A DNA stretch of 64,000 bases from an uncultured Rhodospirillaceae bacterium. Lineage in GTDB: Bacteria > Pseudomonadota > Alphaproteobacteria > Rhodospirillales > UBA2165. Location of the stretch: positions 141,242 to 205,241 of the forward strand of contig CAJWAR010000001.1 of NCBI GenBank assembly GCA_913020445.1. The letters run 5' to 3'. The notes beneath the pieces were generated by a model. The model searched no databases, was not told the origin of the DNA, and was given only the letters and a program-made list of their open reading frames with translations. Positions 9,787-20,184 of this stretch are shown here, in pieces (the stretch's first letter is position 1; every line of letters begins with the position of its first letter). Both the position numbers and the translations under genes were made by a program.

Positions 9787-10503
9787 ATGCGCCCATCCGG
9801 CCGCGCGCCCGATCAAATGCGGGACGTCACCATTGAGCCCAATTTTAATAAGCATGCTGAAGGCTCTTGCCTGATTAAATTTGGCGACACCCATGTTATC
9901 TGCACGGCTTCCGTTGAAGACCGCGTGCCACCGTGGCTTCGCGATGCTGGTCATGGCTGGGTGACAGCCGAATACGGCATGCTGCCGCGCTCAACCAATT
10001 CCCGCACCAACCGGGAGGCGGCGCGTGGTGGTCAGGGCGGCCGAACTCATGAAATTCAGCGCCTGATTGGCCGCTCGTTGCGGGCTATTACCGATCTTAA
10101 AGCGCTCGGCGAAATGCAGGTGCGGATCGATTGTGACGTTATTCAAGCCGATGGCGGTACGCGCACAGCTTCAATCACCGGCGGCTATGTCGCGCTGCAT
10201 CTGGCGTGTCAGAATTTGCTCGAGCTCGGCGTGATCAAAGAAATTCCGCTGATTGGGCAACTTGCGGCGGTTTCCTGCGGTATTTTCGAAGGCACACCGC
10301 TGCTTGATCTCGATTATCCGGAAGACAGCAATGCCGATGCCGATGCCAATTTCGTCCTCACCGGCGCGGCGGATATTGTTGAAATTCAAGGTACGGCAGA
10401 AGATAAGCCGTTCTCCGAAGCCCATTTGCTGGCAATGCTGGCGCTGGCCAAAAAAGGCGTCGCCGAGCTGGTTGATATTCAAAAATCGGTCCTCGGCCTC
10501 TAA
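9787..10503 (+). CDS. rph: Ribonuclease PH
   Basis: [12 protein letters not shown]..., the [10 protein letters not shown] motif and 238 aa typical of RNase PH. Confidence 0.96.
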   Translation: MRPSGRAPDQMRDVTIEPNFNKHAEGSCLIKFGDTHVICTASVEDRVPPWLRDAGHGWVTAEYGMLPRSTNSRTNREAARGGQGGRTHEIQRLIGRSLRAITDLKALGEMQVRIDCDVIQADGGTRTASITGGYVALHLACQNLLELGVIKEIPLIGQLAAVSCGIFEGTPLLDLDYPEDSNADADANFVLTGAADIVEIQGTAEDKPFSEAHLLAMLALAKKGVAELVDIQKSVLGL

Positions 10504-11135
10504 TGGCGCGGAAATTTACCGAGAAAAAGCTGGTTATTGCCAGCCATAATCCTGGGAAAGTTTATGAAATCAATGAGTTATTGAGCCCGTTTGGCGTTGA
10601 AGTCGTGTCGGCGGGCGAGCTCGGTCTGCCGGAACCCATCGAAGATGGGGAGACTTTCATCGCCAATGCTGAATTGAAAGCCCGGGCGGCGGCAAAAGGC
10701 GCAGAATTACCGGCGTTAGCCGATGATTCCGGGCTGGTGGTACCGGTTTTAGATGGTGATCCCGGCATTTATTCTGCCCGATGGGCCTATAATCCAACGG
10801 GTGATGGCAAAGATTTCGATCTCGCCATGGACAAAGTCCGCCAGGCAATTGAAGCAATAGGCGAAAACCCGGCAGGCCAAAACGCCTATTTTGCTTGTGC
10901 ATTGAGCCTGTGCTGGCCGGATGGACCTAATGATGGCCATATCGAAACCCTCGAAGGAACGGTCCACGGCACCCTGACATTTCCGCCCCGTGGGACAAAA
11001 GGTTTCGGTTACGATCCTATATTTGTGCCGATAAATTATCAATTAACCTTTGGTGAGATGGACCAGGCGGTAAAACACCGGATAAGCCATCGGGCGGATG
11101 CCTTTAATAAACTCGTAAGCGCTTGTTTTAATTAG
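10503..11135 (+). CDS. rdgB: dITP/XTP pyrophosphatase (RdgB/HAM1 family)
   Basis: Motifs [11 protein letters not shown] and FGYDPIF. The start overlaps the rph stop by 1 nt (TAATG). Confidence 0.93.
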   Translation: MARKFTEKKLVIASHNPGKVYEINELLSPFGVEVVSAGELGLPEPIEDGETFIANAELKARAAAKGAELPALADDSGLVVPVLDGDPGIYSARWAYNPTGDGKDFDLAMDKVRQAIEAIGENPAGQNAYFACALSLCWPDGPNDGHIETLEGTVHGTLTFPPRGTKGFGYDPIFVPINYQLTFGEMDQAVKHRISHRADAFNKLVSACFN

Positions 11136-11138
11136 ATT

Positions 11139-12287
11139 ATGGATGAGATTAAGCCAGCCTTTGGAATCTATATTCACTGGCCGTTTTGCGCCAAAAAATG
11201 CCCCTATTGTGACTTTAACAGTCATGTCCAAGACGCCATCGACCATGATCTATGGCTAAAAGCTTATCTTAGAGAGCTCAGATATTACGCTGCCGAAACA
11301 TCAGACCGTCTTGTCACAAGTGTGTTTTTTGGCGGCGGCACGCCGTCTTTGATGAAACCGCAGGTAATCGAAGATATTTTGGCTGAAATCGGCCGTTTAT
11401 GGGACTGCTCTGAAGACTTCGAAATCACCGCTGAAGCCAACCCTTCATCCTCGGAAACCCGGCTGTTTCAAGACTTTAGGCAGGCTGGCATCAATCGCCT
11501 GTCAATCGGCGTGCAGAGTTTCAATGATCAGGCCTTACAATTTTTGGGTCGGCTCCATGATGCGGCGGAGGCACGCAAAGCGGTCGAAAGTGCGGCCAAA
11601 ATTTTCGACCGCCTGTCGTTTGATCTGATTTACGCGCTTCCCGGCCAAACGCCGGCAGAGTGGCAGCGGGCATTAGGCGAGGCGCTTACGCTCGCACCTG
11701 ATCATCTCTCGCTCTATCAGCTGACCATTGAGCCTGGCACCGTGTTTCATCAGGACCGCGTGGCGGCGGCGGACGAGGACATTGGTACTGAGCTCTATGA
11801 AATTACTCAAGGTTTGATGGATCACGCTGGATTACCGGCCTACGAGATTTCCAATCATGCCCGGGAGACCCAAGAAAGCCGCCATAATCTGGTCTATTGG
11901 CGCGGCCAGGATTATCTCGGCATTGGTCCAGGGGCGCATGGCCGTCTCACCCGCGATTTCCAAACCGAAATGATCCAGAATGTCCGGGAGCCGGGGAAAT
12001 GGCTGGAATTGGCTCAAACTAAGGGATTAGGCCAGCATAAACGCACACCAATAACTGCCGAAGAACGCCGCGATGAAATACTTTTGATGGGTCTGCGTTT
12101 AACGGAGGGCGTATCAGCTGATCATTATCACACCTTAACAGGCACCGATTTAGCCTCATCGCTTGATCAAATCCGCCTGCAAGCCCTTGAAAACGAAGGG
12201 TTTATCACCTTTCGGGACAATATCTTAAAGGCCACACCGGCAGGCCGCCAACGCCTCAATGCGGTGCTTGCCCATCTGCTCTCATAA
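11139..12287 (+). CDS. hemW: Radical SAM heme chaperone HemW (HemN-like, oxygen-independent coproporphyrinogen oxidase family)
   Basis: CxxxCxxC radical-SAM motif (CAKKCPYCDF) near the N-terminus and a HemN C-terminal domain. Conserved rph-rdgB-hemW order. Confidence 0.9.
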   Translation: MDEIKPAFGIYIHWPFCAKKCPYCDFNSHVQDAIDHDLWLKAYLRELRYYAAETSDRLVTSVFFGGGTPSLMKPQVIEDILAEIGRLWDCSEDFEITAEANPSSSETRLFQDFRQAGINRLSIGVQSFNDQALQFLGRLHDAAEARKAVESAAKIFDRLSFDLIYALPGQTPAEWQRALGEALTLAPDHLSLYQLTIEPGTVFHQDRVAAADEDIGTELYEITQGLMDHAGLPAYEISNHARETQESRHNLVYWRGQDYLGIGPGAHGRLTRDFQTEMIQNVREPGKWLELAQTKGLGQHKRTPITAEERRDEILLMGLRLTEGVSADHYHTLTGTDLASSLDQIRLQALENEGFITFRDNILKATPAGRQRLNAVLAHLLS

Positions 12288-12294
12288 AGCGGGT

Positions 12295-13845
12295 CTAATT
12301 TGTTCTGGCATCGAAATTTGACGGCGCCCGGCTGATAATTTTGGTATCACGCTCTCGCACTTGATGGACCGATAAGCCCCGCTCAGCAACGCCTGTATCC
12401 ATAAACCGGAAAATCCCATCCCGCCCGGTAAAGCCCTGGGGGGCGGTAATTTCAGAGATATCAAACATAGCGTTGGCGGGTTTTTCGCCATCTGGATTTT
12501 CTGGATCAGCAGCAGGCGCATTATTTTGGGCAAAAACCGCCGCCAAAGCCGTCGCATCATAGGCCAAGGTGGCCAAGCGCGGCGGATACTCACCGTATAT
12601 ATTTTTATATTGGCGCAGAAAATCCCGCCTTGTATTGGCCGCCGGGGCAGCAAACCAGCCCCCCACCAAGGCAGGTTCAGAGCCAATCCCCGGCGCATCC
12701 CACTGGCCGGTGCCGAGCATTCTAATCTTTTTTGGATCGATATCGTAATAAGGCAACAGCGCGGCAATTGACTGCAATCTTTTGCCGCCATCAGCAATCA
12801 ACAGCGCATCAAAGGCAACATCGCCCAAGGTTTGCAGGTTTTCCAGCCGCTTGAGCGCCTGTTTGGCCACTTCATCTTCGCGTTCACCGAGTAATTTACG
12901 CTCTTCCAGGAGCGTTGCCCGGCGCGCATCATAATCGGCTAAATTTTTGATAATGGGGGCAAAATCCTCAACATAGGGATCATAAAACGCCTGTTCGGTC
13001 ACTTCGGCGCCATTCAGCTCGGCCGTCTGCTTCAAAGCATCGGCGATGGTGACGCCGTAATCATTGTCCGGCGCCAACACAGCAAAGCGCCTGACACCGC
13101 GCTTAACGGCAAACGACACGACCCGCTGAACCTGCTCGCTCGGCAAAAAACCCATGGTAAAGACGCCATCTCCGGCCACCGCGCGGTCATTGGAAAAGGC
13201 GATCACTTTTACCCCGGCGGCCCGTGCTGCCGGCGCAATCGCCTCGACGGAACCGGCAAAAAGCGGGCCCAAAATAAGCGAGGCGCCATCGCCGATCGCC
13301 AGTGCCGCTGCATCGGCCGCGCCATTCGGTGTGCCTTGGGTGTCTTGCGGTAACAGCTCAAACTGTTTGTCGGCGAAATGAAATAGTGCCAGTTGCGCCG
13401 CATTGAGCATCGCCTGGCCAAGTTTCGAATGCTGGCCGGAGAGCGGCAGCAGGATGGCGACCCGCGGCACCCCAGGGTTCAACGGCGGAGCAGGAGGGGC
13501 GGCAAAACGTTTTTCATCGAGCGGCGCGAGGTTCGCATTGTCGGGCGGATCAATTTCATTCGGTTTCGGCTCGACCACCGGGTCCAATGTCGCGTCAGGA
13601 TTAGGCACTGGGGTGGCAATGGTTCCCTGCTGGGTTGGGGGCGGTAAAATCTGACCTTGTTGTCCGCGCTGTTGCTGCGTGTTCTGCGCCAATTGCGTTT
13701 GCGCGGCATTAGCCCCTTGCCTATCTGGCGGGAATTGGTTCAACTGTTGCTCGACGCAAGCGCCTAAAGTAGGCACCAGAAGCAATAGGGCAGCCAGTGA
13801 TGGACCAGGAAAAATATTCCGCAAAAAAATCTGCACGACGTTCAT
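12295..13845 (-). CDS. Penicillin-binding protein activator LpoA-like lipoprotein (type-1 periplasmic-binding fold)
   Basis: Signal peptide plus lipobox (LLLVPTLGAC), a Q/P-rich linker, then a Leu/Ile/Val-binding-protein-like domain (VAILLPLSG...LGQAM..AAQLA). Divergent from rsmI, as lpoA (yraM) is in E. coli. A TTG start at 13824 is possible. Confidence 0.65.
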   Translation of the reverse strand: MNVVQIFLRNIFPGPSLAALLLLVPTLGACVEQQLNQFPPDRQGANAAQTQLAQNTQQQRGQQGQILPPPTQQGTIATPVPNPDATLDPVVEPKPNEIDPPDNANLAPLDEKRFAAPPAPPLNPGVPRVAILLPLSGQHSKLGQAMLNAAQLALFHFADKQFELLPQDTQGTPNGAADAAALAIGDGASLILGPLFAGSVEAIAPAARAAGVKVIAFSNDRAVAGDGVFTMGFLPSEQVQRVVSFAVKRGVRRFAVLAPDNDYGVTIADALKQTAELNGAEVTEQAFYDPYVEDFAPIIKNLADYDARRATLLEERKLLGEREDEVAKQALKRLENLQTLGDVAFDALLIADGGKRLQSIAALLPYYDIDPKKIRMLGTGQWDAPGIGSEPALVGGWFAAPAANTRRDFLRQYKNIYGEYPPRLATLAYDATALAAVFAQNNAPAADPENPDGEKPANAMFDISEITAPQGFTGRDGIFRFMDTGVAERGLSVHQVRERDTKIISRAPSNFDARTN

Positions 13846-14750
13846 CTGCTAAAACTAACGAAGGCCCAAAGAGAAGTAAACCTAGTGCCCGATCACAAAA
13901 AACCGAAATAAAGGGTGGGCTTAAGGCCGGCCTCTACCTGGTCGCCACACCGATCGGTAATCTGCAGGATTTAACTCTGCGCGGCATTGAAATACTGCAA
14001 AATGCCGATGTTATCGCTTGCGAAGATACGCGGGTGAGCGGAAAAATGCTCTCTCGTCACGCCATAGACACACGCATGAAAGCCTATCACGAACATAACG
14101 CCGAACGGGCACGCCCTGAATTGCTCCGCATTATCGAAGCGGGTGGGGCGGTTGCGCTGATTTCAGATGCCGGCACACCGGCGATTTCCGATCCGGGCTT
14201 TAGGCTGGTTAACGCGTGCATTGATCAGGGATTGGAAGTTACCGCGGCGCCCGGCGCCAATGCAGCCATTACCGGTCTTATTTTATCCGGCCTGCCGACC
14301 GACCGGTTTTTATTTGCCGGCTTTTTACCAACCAAAACCAGCCAACGCTCGAAAGAACTCGCTGAATTGGCAGCGGTTCCGGCAACGCTGATTTTTTACG
14401 AATCAGCCAAGCGTCTGGCGGCGGCGCTTAGCGATATGGCAAAACAACTGGGCGACCGGCCGGCTGCCGTGACGCGTGAGCTTACCAAGCTGCATGAGGA
14501 AATTCGCCGCGGTACCTTGCCGGAGCTTACCCAGCATTATCAGGAAACCGGCGCCCCCAAAGGCGAGATTGTCATTGTCATTGGCCCGCCGCTGAAAAAA
14601 GCCGCCCTTTCCGGCGCCGAACTTGATGAACTGATCCACCAAGCTCTGCCGGACAAATCCGTCCGCGATGTCGCCGCCGAGCTGGCGCAGGAAACCGGCC
14701 TGCCGAAGCGCCAAATTTATGCCCGCGCGCTGGAGCTTTCAAAAAAATGA
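13797..14750 (+). CDS. rsmI: 16S rRNA (cytidine1402-2'-O)-methyltransferase RsmI
   Basis: Tetrapyrrole-methylase-type core LYLVATPIGNLQDLTLRG...ACEDTR. A ~45-aa K/R/S-rich N-terminal extension is forced because there is no in-frame ATG/GTG/TTG downstream of 13797 (GTG) and 13800 (ATG). Confidence 0.88.
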   Translation: MMDQEKYSAKKSARRSSAKTNEGPKRSKPSARSQKTEIKGGLKAGLYLVATPIGNLQDLTLRGIEILQNADVIACEDTRVSGKMLSRHAIDTRMKAYHEHNAERARPELLRIIEAGGAVALISDAGTPAISDPGFRLVNACIDQGLEVTAAPGANAAITGLILSGLPTDRFLFAGFLPTKTSQRSKELAELAAVPATLIFYESAKRLAAALSDMAKQLGDRPAAVTRELTKLHEEIRRGTLPELTQHYQETGAPKGEIVIVIGPPLKKAALSGAELDELIHQALPDKSVRDVAAELAQETGLPKRQIYARALELSKK

Positions 14751-15103
14751 AAGCCAGAATAAGAGCGATAAAATTTGGCGCCTTGGCCGAACATATCGCA
14801 GCCGGCTTACTGCGCCTCAAAGGCTATCGGATATTAGCCCGCCAATTGCGCTCGCCCTTAGGTGAAATTGATATCATTGCGCGGCGCGGCCGGACACTGG
14901 CTTTTGTCGAAGTTAAAGCCCGCTCCACTTTAACCCAAGCGATCGAAGCCTTGAGCTTCCACCAACGCGGGCGCATCCACCGGGCAGCGCTCGCCTATAC
15001 TGCCCATCATCCAAATTTCGCCGGGTTCGACCTGCGCTTTGATCTCATCGCTGTTGCACCCTGGCAATTGCCGCGGCATCTGCCAAACGCCTGGCAGATT
15101 TAA
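14747..15103 (+). CDS. yraN: YraN family (UPF0102) putative endonuclease
   Basis: Motifs GEIDIIA and FVEVKAR, 118 aa. ATGA overlap with the rsmI stop. Confidence 0.85.
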   Translation: MKARIRAIKFGALAEHIAAGLLRLKGYRILARQLRSPLGEIDIIARRGRTLAFVEVKARSTLTQAIEALSFHQRGRIHRAALAYTAHHPNFAGFDLRFDLIAVAPWQLPRHLPNAWQI

Positions 15104-15226
15104 GGGGTAGATCCAATATATTGGCCCGGTTGACATCGGGGTTTGGCGGATTAGCTTTCAGTTAGTAAAATGCCGTTATACTTCGGCAAATATTTTGTTG
15201 TTTTTGATTGATAAGGAATTGTCGAG

Positions 15227-15817
15227 ATGACCCGCTTATTTACTGCACCCGTTTTACTGCTGACGTCGATGATCGCGCTGTCGTCAATTTTGTCAGGCTG
15301 TACCGCCGTGGTTGGCGCTGGCGCGACAGTGGGCGTGGCCGCGGTTCAGGAACGGGGGCTCCGGGGCCGGGCAAGCGATCTTAAGATCGAAGCGCAGGTG
15401 CTGGAGAAATTTTTTAAAGCCGGTTTCAAGCTGACCTCGACCATCGGCGCCGAGGTTTATGAAGGCCGGGTTCTCCTGACCGGCGCCAGCACCGATACCA
15501 AAATTGCCGACGAAGCGGTTAAGCTGGTCTGGCAGGTCGATGGCGTTAAAGCGGTTATTAATGAAATTCAAATCGGCAAAAATTCGGGTATTTCCGATAT
15601 CGCTCAGGACAGCTGGATCACCGCCCAGGTAAAATCAAAGATGACCTTCGATGAAGATATCTTTTCGATAAATTACGTTGTCGAAACGGTTAACCGTACG
15701 GTTTATTTGATCGGCATCGCGCAAAATGAAGCCGAACACAAGCGCGCTAAACAACACGCCGCCAGTGTCAAATTCGTCCGCAATGTGATCAGCCATGTGC
15801 GGGTTAAAAATTATTAA
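15227..15817 (+). CDS. BON domain-containing lipoprotein (DolP/YraP-like)
   Basis: Lipobox SILSGC, followed by two BON-like segments (EVYEGRVLLTGAS...; VVETVNRTVYLIGIAQN...). Size and neighbourhood match DolP/YraP. Confidence 0.8.
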   Translation: MTRLFTAPVLLLTSMIALSSILSGCTAVVGAGATVGVAAVQERGLRGRASDLKIEAQVLEKFFKAGFKLTSTIGAEVYEGRVLLTGASTDTKIADEAVKLVWQVDGVKAVINEIQIGKNSGISDIAQDSWITAQVKSKMTFDEDIFSINYVVETVNRTVYLIGIAQNEAEHKRAKQHAASVKFVRNVISHVRVKNY

Positions 15818-15845
15818 TCAATACAGCCAGCCGGAATAAATAAAT

Positions 15846-16787
15846 ATGAGTCTAAAAGTCGCCATCCAAATGGACCCGATCGATGCGATCGATATATCTG
15901 CCGACAGCACTTTCGTGATGGCGCTTGAAGCTCAGGCGCGAGGCCATAAGCTCTTTCATTATCTGACCCAGGATCTGGCGCTCACCAGCGGCCGCGTGAT
16001 GGCCGGCGTGCGCAGCCTGGAAGTTCGCCGGGAAGAAGGCAATCATTTTACGCTTGGCGAACAGGAGTGGATTGATCTCCAGGCAGTTGATGTTGTGCTG
16101 ATGCGCCAGGACCCGCCCTTCGATATGTCTTACATCACGGCGACCCATTTACTCGAACATATTCATCCCGAGACCCTCGTCGTCAATGATCCGGTCCATG
16201 TCAGAAATGCGCCGGAAAAACTTTTTGTCACCCATTTCCCGGACCTCATGCCGCCGACCCTGATCACCACCAATCAGGATCAAATAATGGCGTTCCGCGC
16301 CGAGCATAAAGACCTCATCATTAAGCCGCTGTTCGGCAATGGCGGAGCAGGGGTTTTTCATATCGGCCCGGATGATGAAAATATTAATTCACTGTTGGAG
16401 CTTTTCACCGAGCTTTACCGGGAGCCGATCATTGTCCAGCGCTATGAGCCCGCCGTCCGCCAGGGCGATAAACGCATAATCCTGATCGACGGCAAAGCGG
16501 CAGGGGCGCTGAACCGGGTGCCGGCAGAAGGCGAATCCCGCTCCAATCTCCATGTCGGCGGCACTGCCTTGCAAAGCACCCTGACACCCCGCGAAGAAGA
16601 GATTTGCGCCGCCATCGGCCCGACGCTCAAGGAACGCGGGCTGATTTTCGTCGGCATTGATGTGATCGGCGATTACATGACCGAGATCAACGTCACCTCA
16701 CCAACCTGCCTGCAGGAAATCAATCGCTTCGATGGGGTCAAGCTTGAAGCCGACATCTGGGACGCGATTGAAGCAAGGCTGGGTTAA
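15846..16787 (+). CDS. gshB: Glutathione synthetase
   Basis: Prokaryotic GshB N-domain plus ATP-grasp ([22 protein letters not shown]), 313 aa. Confidence 0.93.
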   Translation: MSLKVAIQMDPIDAIDISADSTFVMALEAQARGHKLFHYLTQDLALTSGRVMAGVRSLEVRREEGNHFTLGEQEWIDLQAVDVVLMRQDPPFDMSYITATHLLEHIHPETLVVNDPVHVRNAPEKLFVTHFPDLMPPTLITTNQDQIMAFRAEHKDLIIKPLFGNGGAGVFHIGPDDENINSLLELFTELYREPIIVQRYEPAVRQGDKRIILIDGKAAGALNRVPAEGESRSNLHVGGTALQSTLTPREEEICAAIGPTLKERGLIFVGIDVIGDYMTEINVTSPTCLQEINRFDGVKLEADIWDAIEARLG

Positions 16788-16823
16788 GCGGTCTTTTCAC
16801 TTTCTTACGTAGTTGGCCTATTT

Positions 16824-17552
16824 TTACTTTTCTGATGATGATTTTAATGAGGCGGAAACAGCCATCGCAACTTCGACGGCGTTGGGGGTGTCAGAGTGAA
16901 CGCAAATTGTTTCTACCCGAACAGGTATGTCAACGCCATCGACACTTTTCGTTAAACCGTCTCTGACCGCGCGCAGGCAACGTTCCGCCGCGGCGTCTGG
17001 GTCCACGGTATGATGTTCACGGGTGATGATTATGCTGCCATCCGTTTTGTAGTCCAAATCAGCATAAAACTCTGCTCTGAACTCCAATCCACGGGCACGA
17101 TAAATCTCTTCATGCAGCGTCCCCGCCAAACCAAATATTGGCACTTCATAAAGCGCTCCAGCATCAGCAACAGCGTGGGCAATGTGCTCCTGCCCCGCCG
17201 CCATAGCATAGAGCGCGCCATGGGGTTTCAGGTGATTGAGTTCGACATCAGCCAATTCGAGAAAGCCCTTCAAGGCGCCGATCTGATAGGTGATAATGTT
17301 GGCTAACTCTGCGCGGTCAATTTTCATTTCCCGACGCCCGAATCCCTGAAGATCGGGGAGCGCGAAATGGGCGCCAACTTTGACATCATGTTGCTTTGCC
17401 AATTCGACGGTTGCCCGCATGTGATTTGGGTCAGATCCATGGAACCCACAAGCGACGTTGGCCTCGGTGATATAAGGCATTATTCCTTCGTCATCGCCCA
17501 GCTTATAAAGGCCAAAGCTTTCGCCCATATCGCAGTTGATGTTTATTGTCAT
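16824..17552 (-). CDS. pxpA: 5-oxoprolinase subunit A (LamB/YcsF family)
   Basis: N-terminal INCDMGESFG and ACGFHGSDP motifs of LamB/YcsF. No pxpB or pxpC adjacent. Confidence 0.88.
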   Translation of the reverse strand: MTININCDMGESFGLYKLGDDEGIMPYITEANVACGFHGSDPNHMRATVELAKQHDVKVGAHFALPDLQGFGRREMKIDRAELANIITYQIGALKGFLELADVELNHLKPHGALYAMAAGQEHIAHAVADAGALYEVPIFGLAGTLHEEIYRARGLEFRAEFYADLDYKTDGSIIITREHHTVDPDAAAERCLRAVRDGLTKSVDGVDIPVRVETICVHSDTPNAVEVAMAVSASLKSSSEK

Positions 17553-17640
17553 AGGCCGCCCTCTAGCAATATTTATGGCGGTTATTCTAAAGCATGATCG
17601 CCTGCTGGCAATCGCTTTGAATTAAGCCAAAATTGACGGG

Positions 17641-18438
17641 TTAACTCTCTTTCCAATACTCCTCATCGCGTTTTTGCATCAAATCATCTTCGAAAGATTT
17701 GCCTGCTTCCTTGCGGCTATCGCCTTTGAGGTGGTCCATATACTGGCCGAGCACGGAATTGATAAACGGATGATCCGACGGCGGATCATTGGCGGCGATA
17801 TTGTGCGTTTTAAAATCAGCTAATTTGTCTTCAAAGGTTTTGCGGATGACGTCATAGACGAAGGAATCGTGCCATTCCGGCAATTCGAACAAACTGTCAT
17901 CGAGATAAAGCTGCCGCCAAAACTCCATGAACTCACGGTGGTGGGGATGGCTGAGGGCATAGCCGACAAAGCCGCATTCGGAATAGGTGTGGGGCCGCCC
18001 GAGATAGCTGGTGTAGACACCCTCCGGCAGGACTTGATCCAGCACCGACAACGGCACATCGGCGAAGGTTATGGTATCCGCATCGAGCCAGAACAATACA
18101 TCCGCCACAATTGCCAGCCCGCAATGGGTCAACGCAAATATTTTATGAGCAAAGCGCACCGCATCCATGCGGTAGCCGTAATCGCCATCTTCCAGCGTGC
18201 CTTGAGTTTTGGCGTCGTGCCTGTGCCGCGCTTTAAAGGCGACCAGATCGGGGCAGCTCGCTTCAAGATCGAGATAGGTAATTCTGCTGCTCTGGAAGTC
18301 AGGCCGTTTGCCTTCATGGTACGCATAGAGCGTCACCTCCGCCGGCCAATGCTGATCAAAGGCGGCCAAAAACCGCTCACCATAAGCAGCAAGGCCTTGT
18401 TCATTGAAGGTGGTAACGACGGTGAAATTTCGAGACAA
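17641..18438 (-). CDS. Hypothetical protein, possible GT-A-fold (DXD) glycosyltransferase
   Basis: A clean 265-aa ORF. The pattern VVTTFNE..., FWLDADTITF (DXD-like) and ECGFVGY resembles nucleotide-diphospho-sugar transferases of the GMA12/MNN10 type. This is by-eye similarity only. Confidence 0.5.
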   Translation of the reverse strand: MSRNFTVVTTFNEQGLAAYGERFLAAFDQHWPAEVTLYAYHEGKRPDFQSSRITYLDLEASCPDLVAFKARHRHDAKTQGTLEDGDYGYRMDAVRFAHKIFALTHCGLAIVADVLFWLDADTITFADVPLSVLDQVLPEGVYTSYLGRPHTYSECGFVGYALSHPHHREFMEFWRQLYLDDSLFELPEWHDSFVYDVIRKTFEDKLADFKTHNIAANDPPSDHPFINSVLGQYMDHLKGDSRKEAGKSFEDDLMQKRDEEYWKES

Positions 18439-18550
18439 AGCAGAACTCCAGAAAAATTTATCCTATCAATTACCCAGGATATACCGAGATTTCTGAACAA
18501 ATCCTTTTAAATTTTAAAAAACCCCCCTCTGGTCCCGCCATAACCCCCGC

Positions 18551-20095
18551 ATGGTTGCACGAGTTAACACAGTTGCGTTTCTGGGCATCGACGTTCTGGC
18601 GGTCGATGTTCAGGTTCACATAGCGTCCGGTATCCCGGCATTTGCGGTGGTTGGTCTGCCCGATAAAGCGGTGGCGGAAAGCCGTGAGCGGGTGCGGGCG
18701 GCGTTAAGCGCCATCGGTCTCGCTGTGCCGCCGAAACGCATCACGGTGAACTTATCACCGGCTGATCTCGCCAAGGAAGGCAGTCACTTTGACCTGCCCA
18801 TCGCCATAGGCCTGCTGGCAACGATGGGGGTGATCTCGCCTGATGATTTCCAAGGCTTTGTGGCTTTGGGCGAGCTTGCCTTGGACGGCACGATCTCACC
18901 GGTCGCCGGTGTTTTACCCGCTGCCATTCACGCGAGCTCTCAAGATTTTGGTCTGATTTGTCCAGAGGCTCAAGGCGGCGAGGCGGCCTGGGCCGGTGAA
19001 ATTCAAGTGCTGGCGCCCGGGTCTCTGCTCGGTCTGATCAATCATTTCAAAGGCGCCTATGTACTATCAAGCCCGGAGCCCAAGCTGCATGATGACACCG
19101 TAACCTATCCCGATATTGCCGATATTAAAGGTCAGGAAAGCGCCAAACGCGCGCTCGAAATCGCCGCCGCGGGCGGCCACAACATGCTGATGATCGGCCC
19201 GCCCGGCTCGGGTAAATCCATGTTGGCGAGCCGGTTGCCGGGCATTCTGCCGCCGCTCGATCCAGCGGAAGCCTTATCGGTCAGTATGATCCATTCTGTC
19301 GCCGGTGAGCTTAAAACCGGCGGGCTGTTAAAAACGCGGCCCTATCGCGACCCCCATCACTCGGCGTCGATGCCAAGCCTGGTCGGCGGCGGCCTCAAGG
19401 TAAAACCCGGCGAGATATCTCTGGCCCATCATGGCGTCTTGTTTTTAGACGAGTTGCCGGAATTTCAGCGCGCGGCCTTGGAGGCTCTTCGCCAGCCATT
19501 GGAAACCGGGCAAACATCGATCGCCCGGGCCAATGCCCATGTTACCTATCCGGCGCGCTTTCAATTGATCGCGGCGATGAATCCCTGCCGTTGCGGCTAT
19601 CTGGGTGATCCGCTGAACGATGCGGCGGAAACCTGCAACCGTGCGCCCAAATGCGGGGTCGATTATCAATCGAAAATTTCCGGGCCGATGTTTGATCGCA
19701 TTGATCTGCATGTTGAAGTACCGGCGGTCAGCGCGGCTGATCTTTCGAGGCCCGCTAACTCCGAAAACTCGGCTGTAATTGCCGAACGGGTGGCCCGGGC
19801 GCGCAATATACAACGCCAGCGATTTCTGCGATTAGACAATAATGATCTCCGCACCAACGCTGAAGCGGACGGAAATTTATTGAAAGAAATTGCCGCCCCC
19901 GCGCGGGACGGCCGGGCATTGCTGACCGAGGCGACGGAAAAAATGCGCCTGACCGCCCGCGGCTATCACCGCATCTTACGGGTCGCCCGAACGCTCGTTG
20001 ATCTCGATGATTATGATGAGATCGGCCGGGTCCATATCGCCGAGGCTCTCGCTTACCGGCGCGTCGTACCCGGGCGGCAATTGGTAAGAATTTAA
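18551..20095 (+). CDS. comM: YifB/ComM family Mg-chelatase-like ATPase
   Basis: Lon-protease-like N-domain, Walker A GPPGSGKSMLA, and ChlI-type AAA+ and C-terminal domains. 514 aa, apparently intact. Confidence 0.9.
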   Translation: MVARVNTVAFLGIDVLAVDVQVHIASGIPAFAVVGLPDKAVAESRERVRAALSAIGLAVPPKRITVNLSPADLAKEGSHFDLPIAIGLLATMGVISPDDFQGFVALGELALDGTISPVAGVLPAAIHASSQDFGLICPEAQGGEAAWAGEIQVLAPGSLLGLINHFKGAYVLSSPEPKLHDDTVTYPDIADIKGQESAKRALEIAAAGGHNMLMIGPPGSGKSMLASRLPGILPPLDPAEALSVSMIHSVAGELKTGGLLKTRPYRDPHHSASMPSLVGGGLKVKPGEISLAHHGVLFLDELPEFQRAALEALRQPLETGQTSIARANAHVTYPARFQLIAAMNPCRCGYLGDPLNDAAETCNRAPKCGVDYQSKISGPMFDRIDLHVEVPAVSAADLSRPANSENSAVIAERVARARNIQRQRFLRLDNNDLRTNAEADGNLLKEIAAPARDGRALLTEATEKMRLTARGYHRILRVARTLVDLDDYDEIGRVHIAEALAYRRVVPGRQLVRI

Positions 20096-20184
20096 ATCAC
20101 CACGTTAAATAAAGAGACGGAAAGATCGCCTGATTGCGTTAGTTTTAGGTAGTCAAAACGATTGCCGGCCCAAAGGAGCAACAA

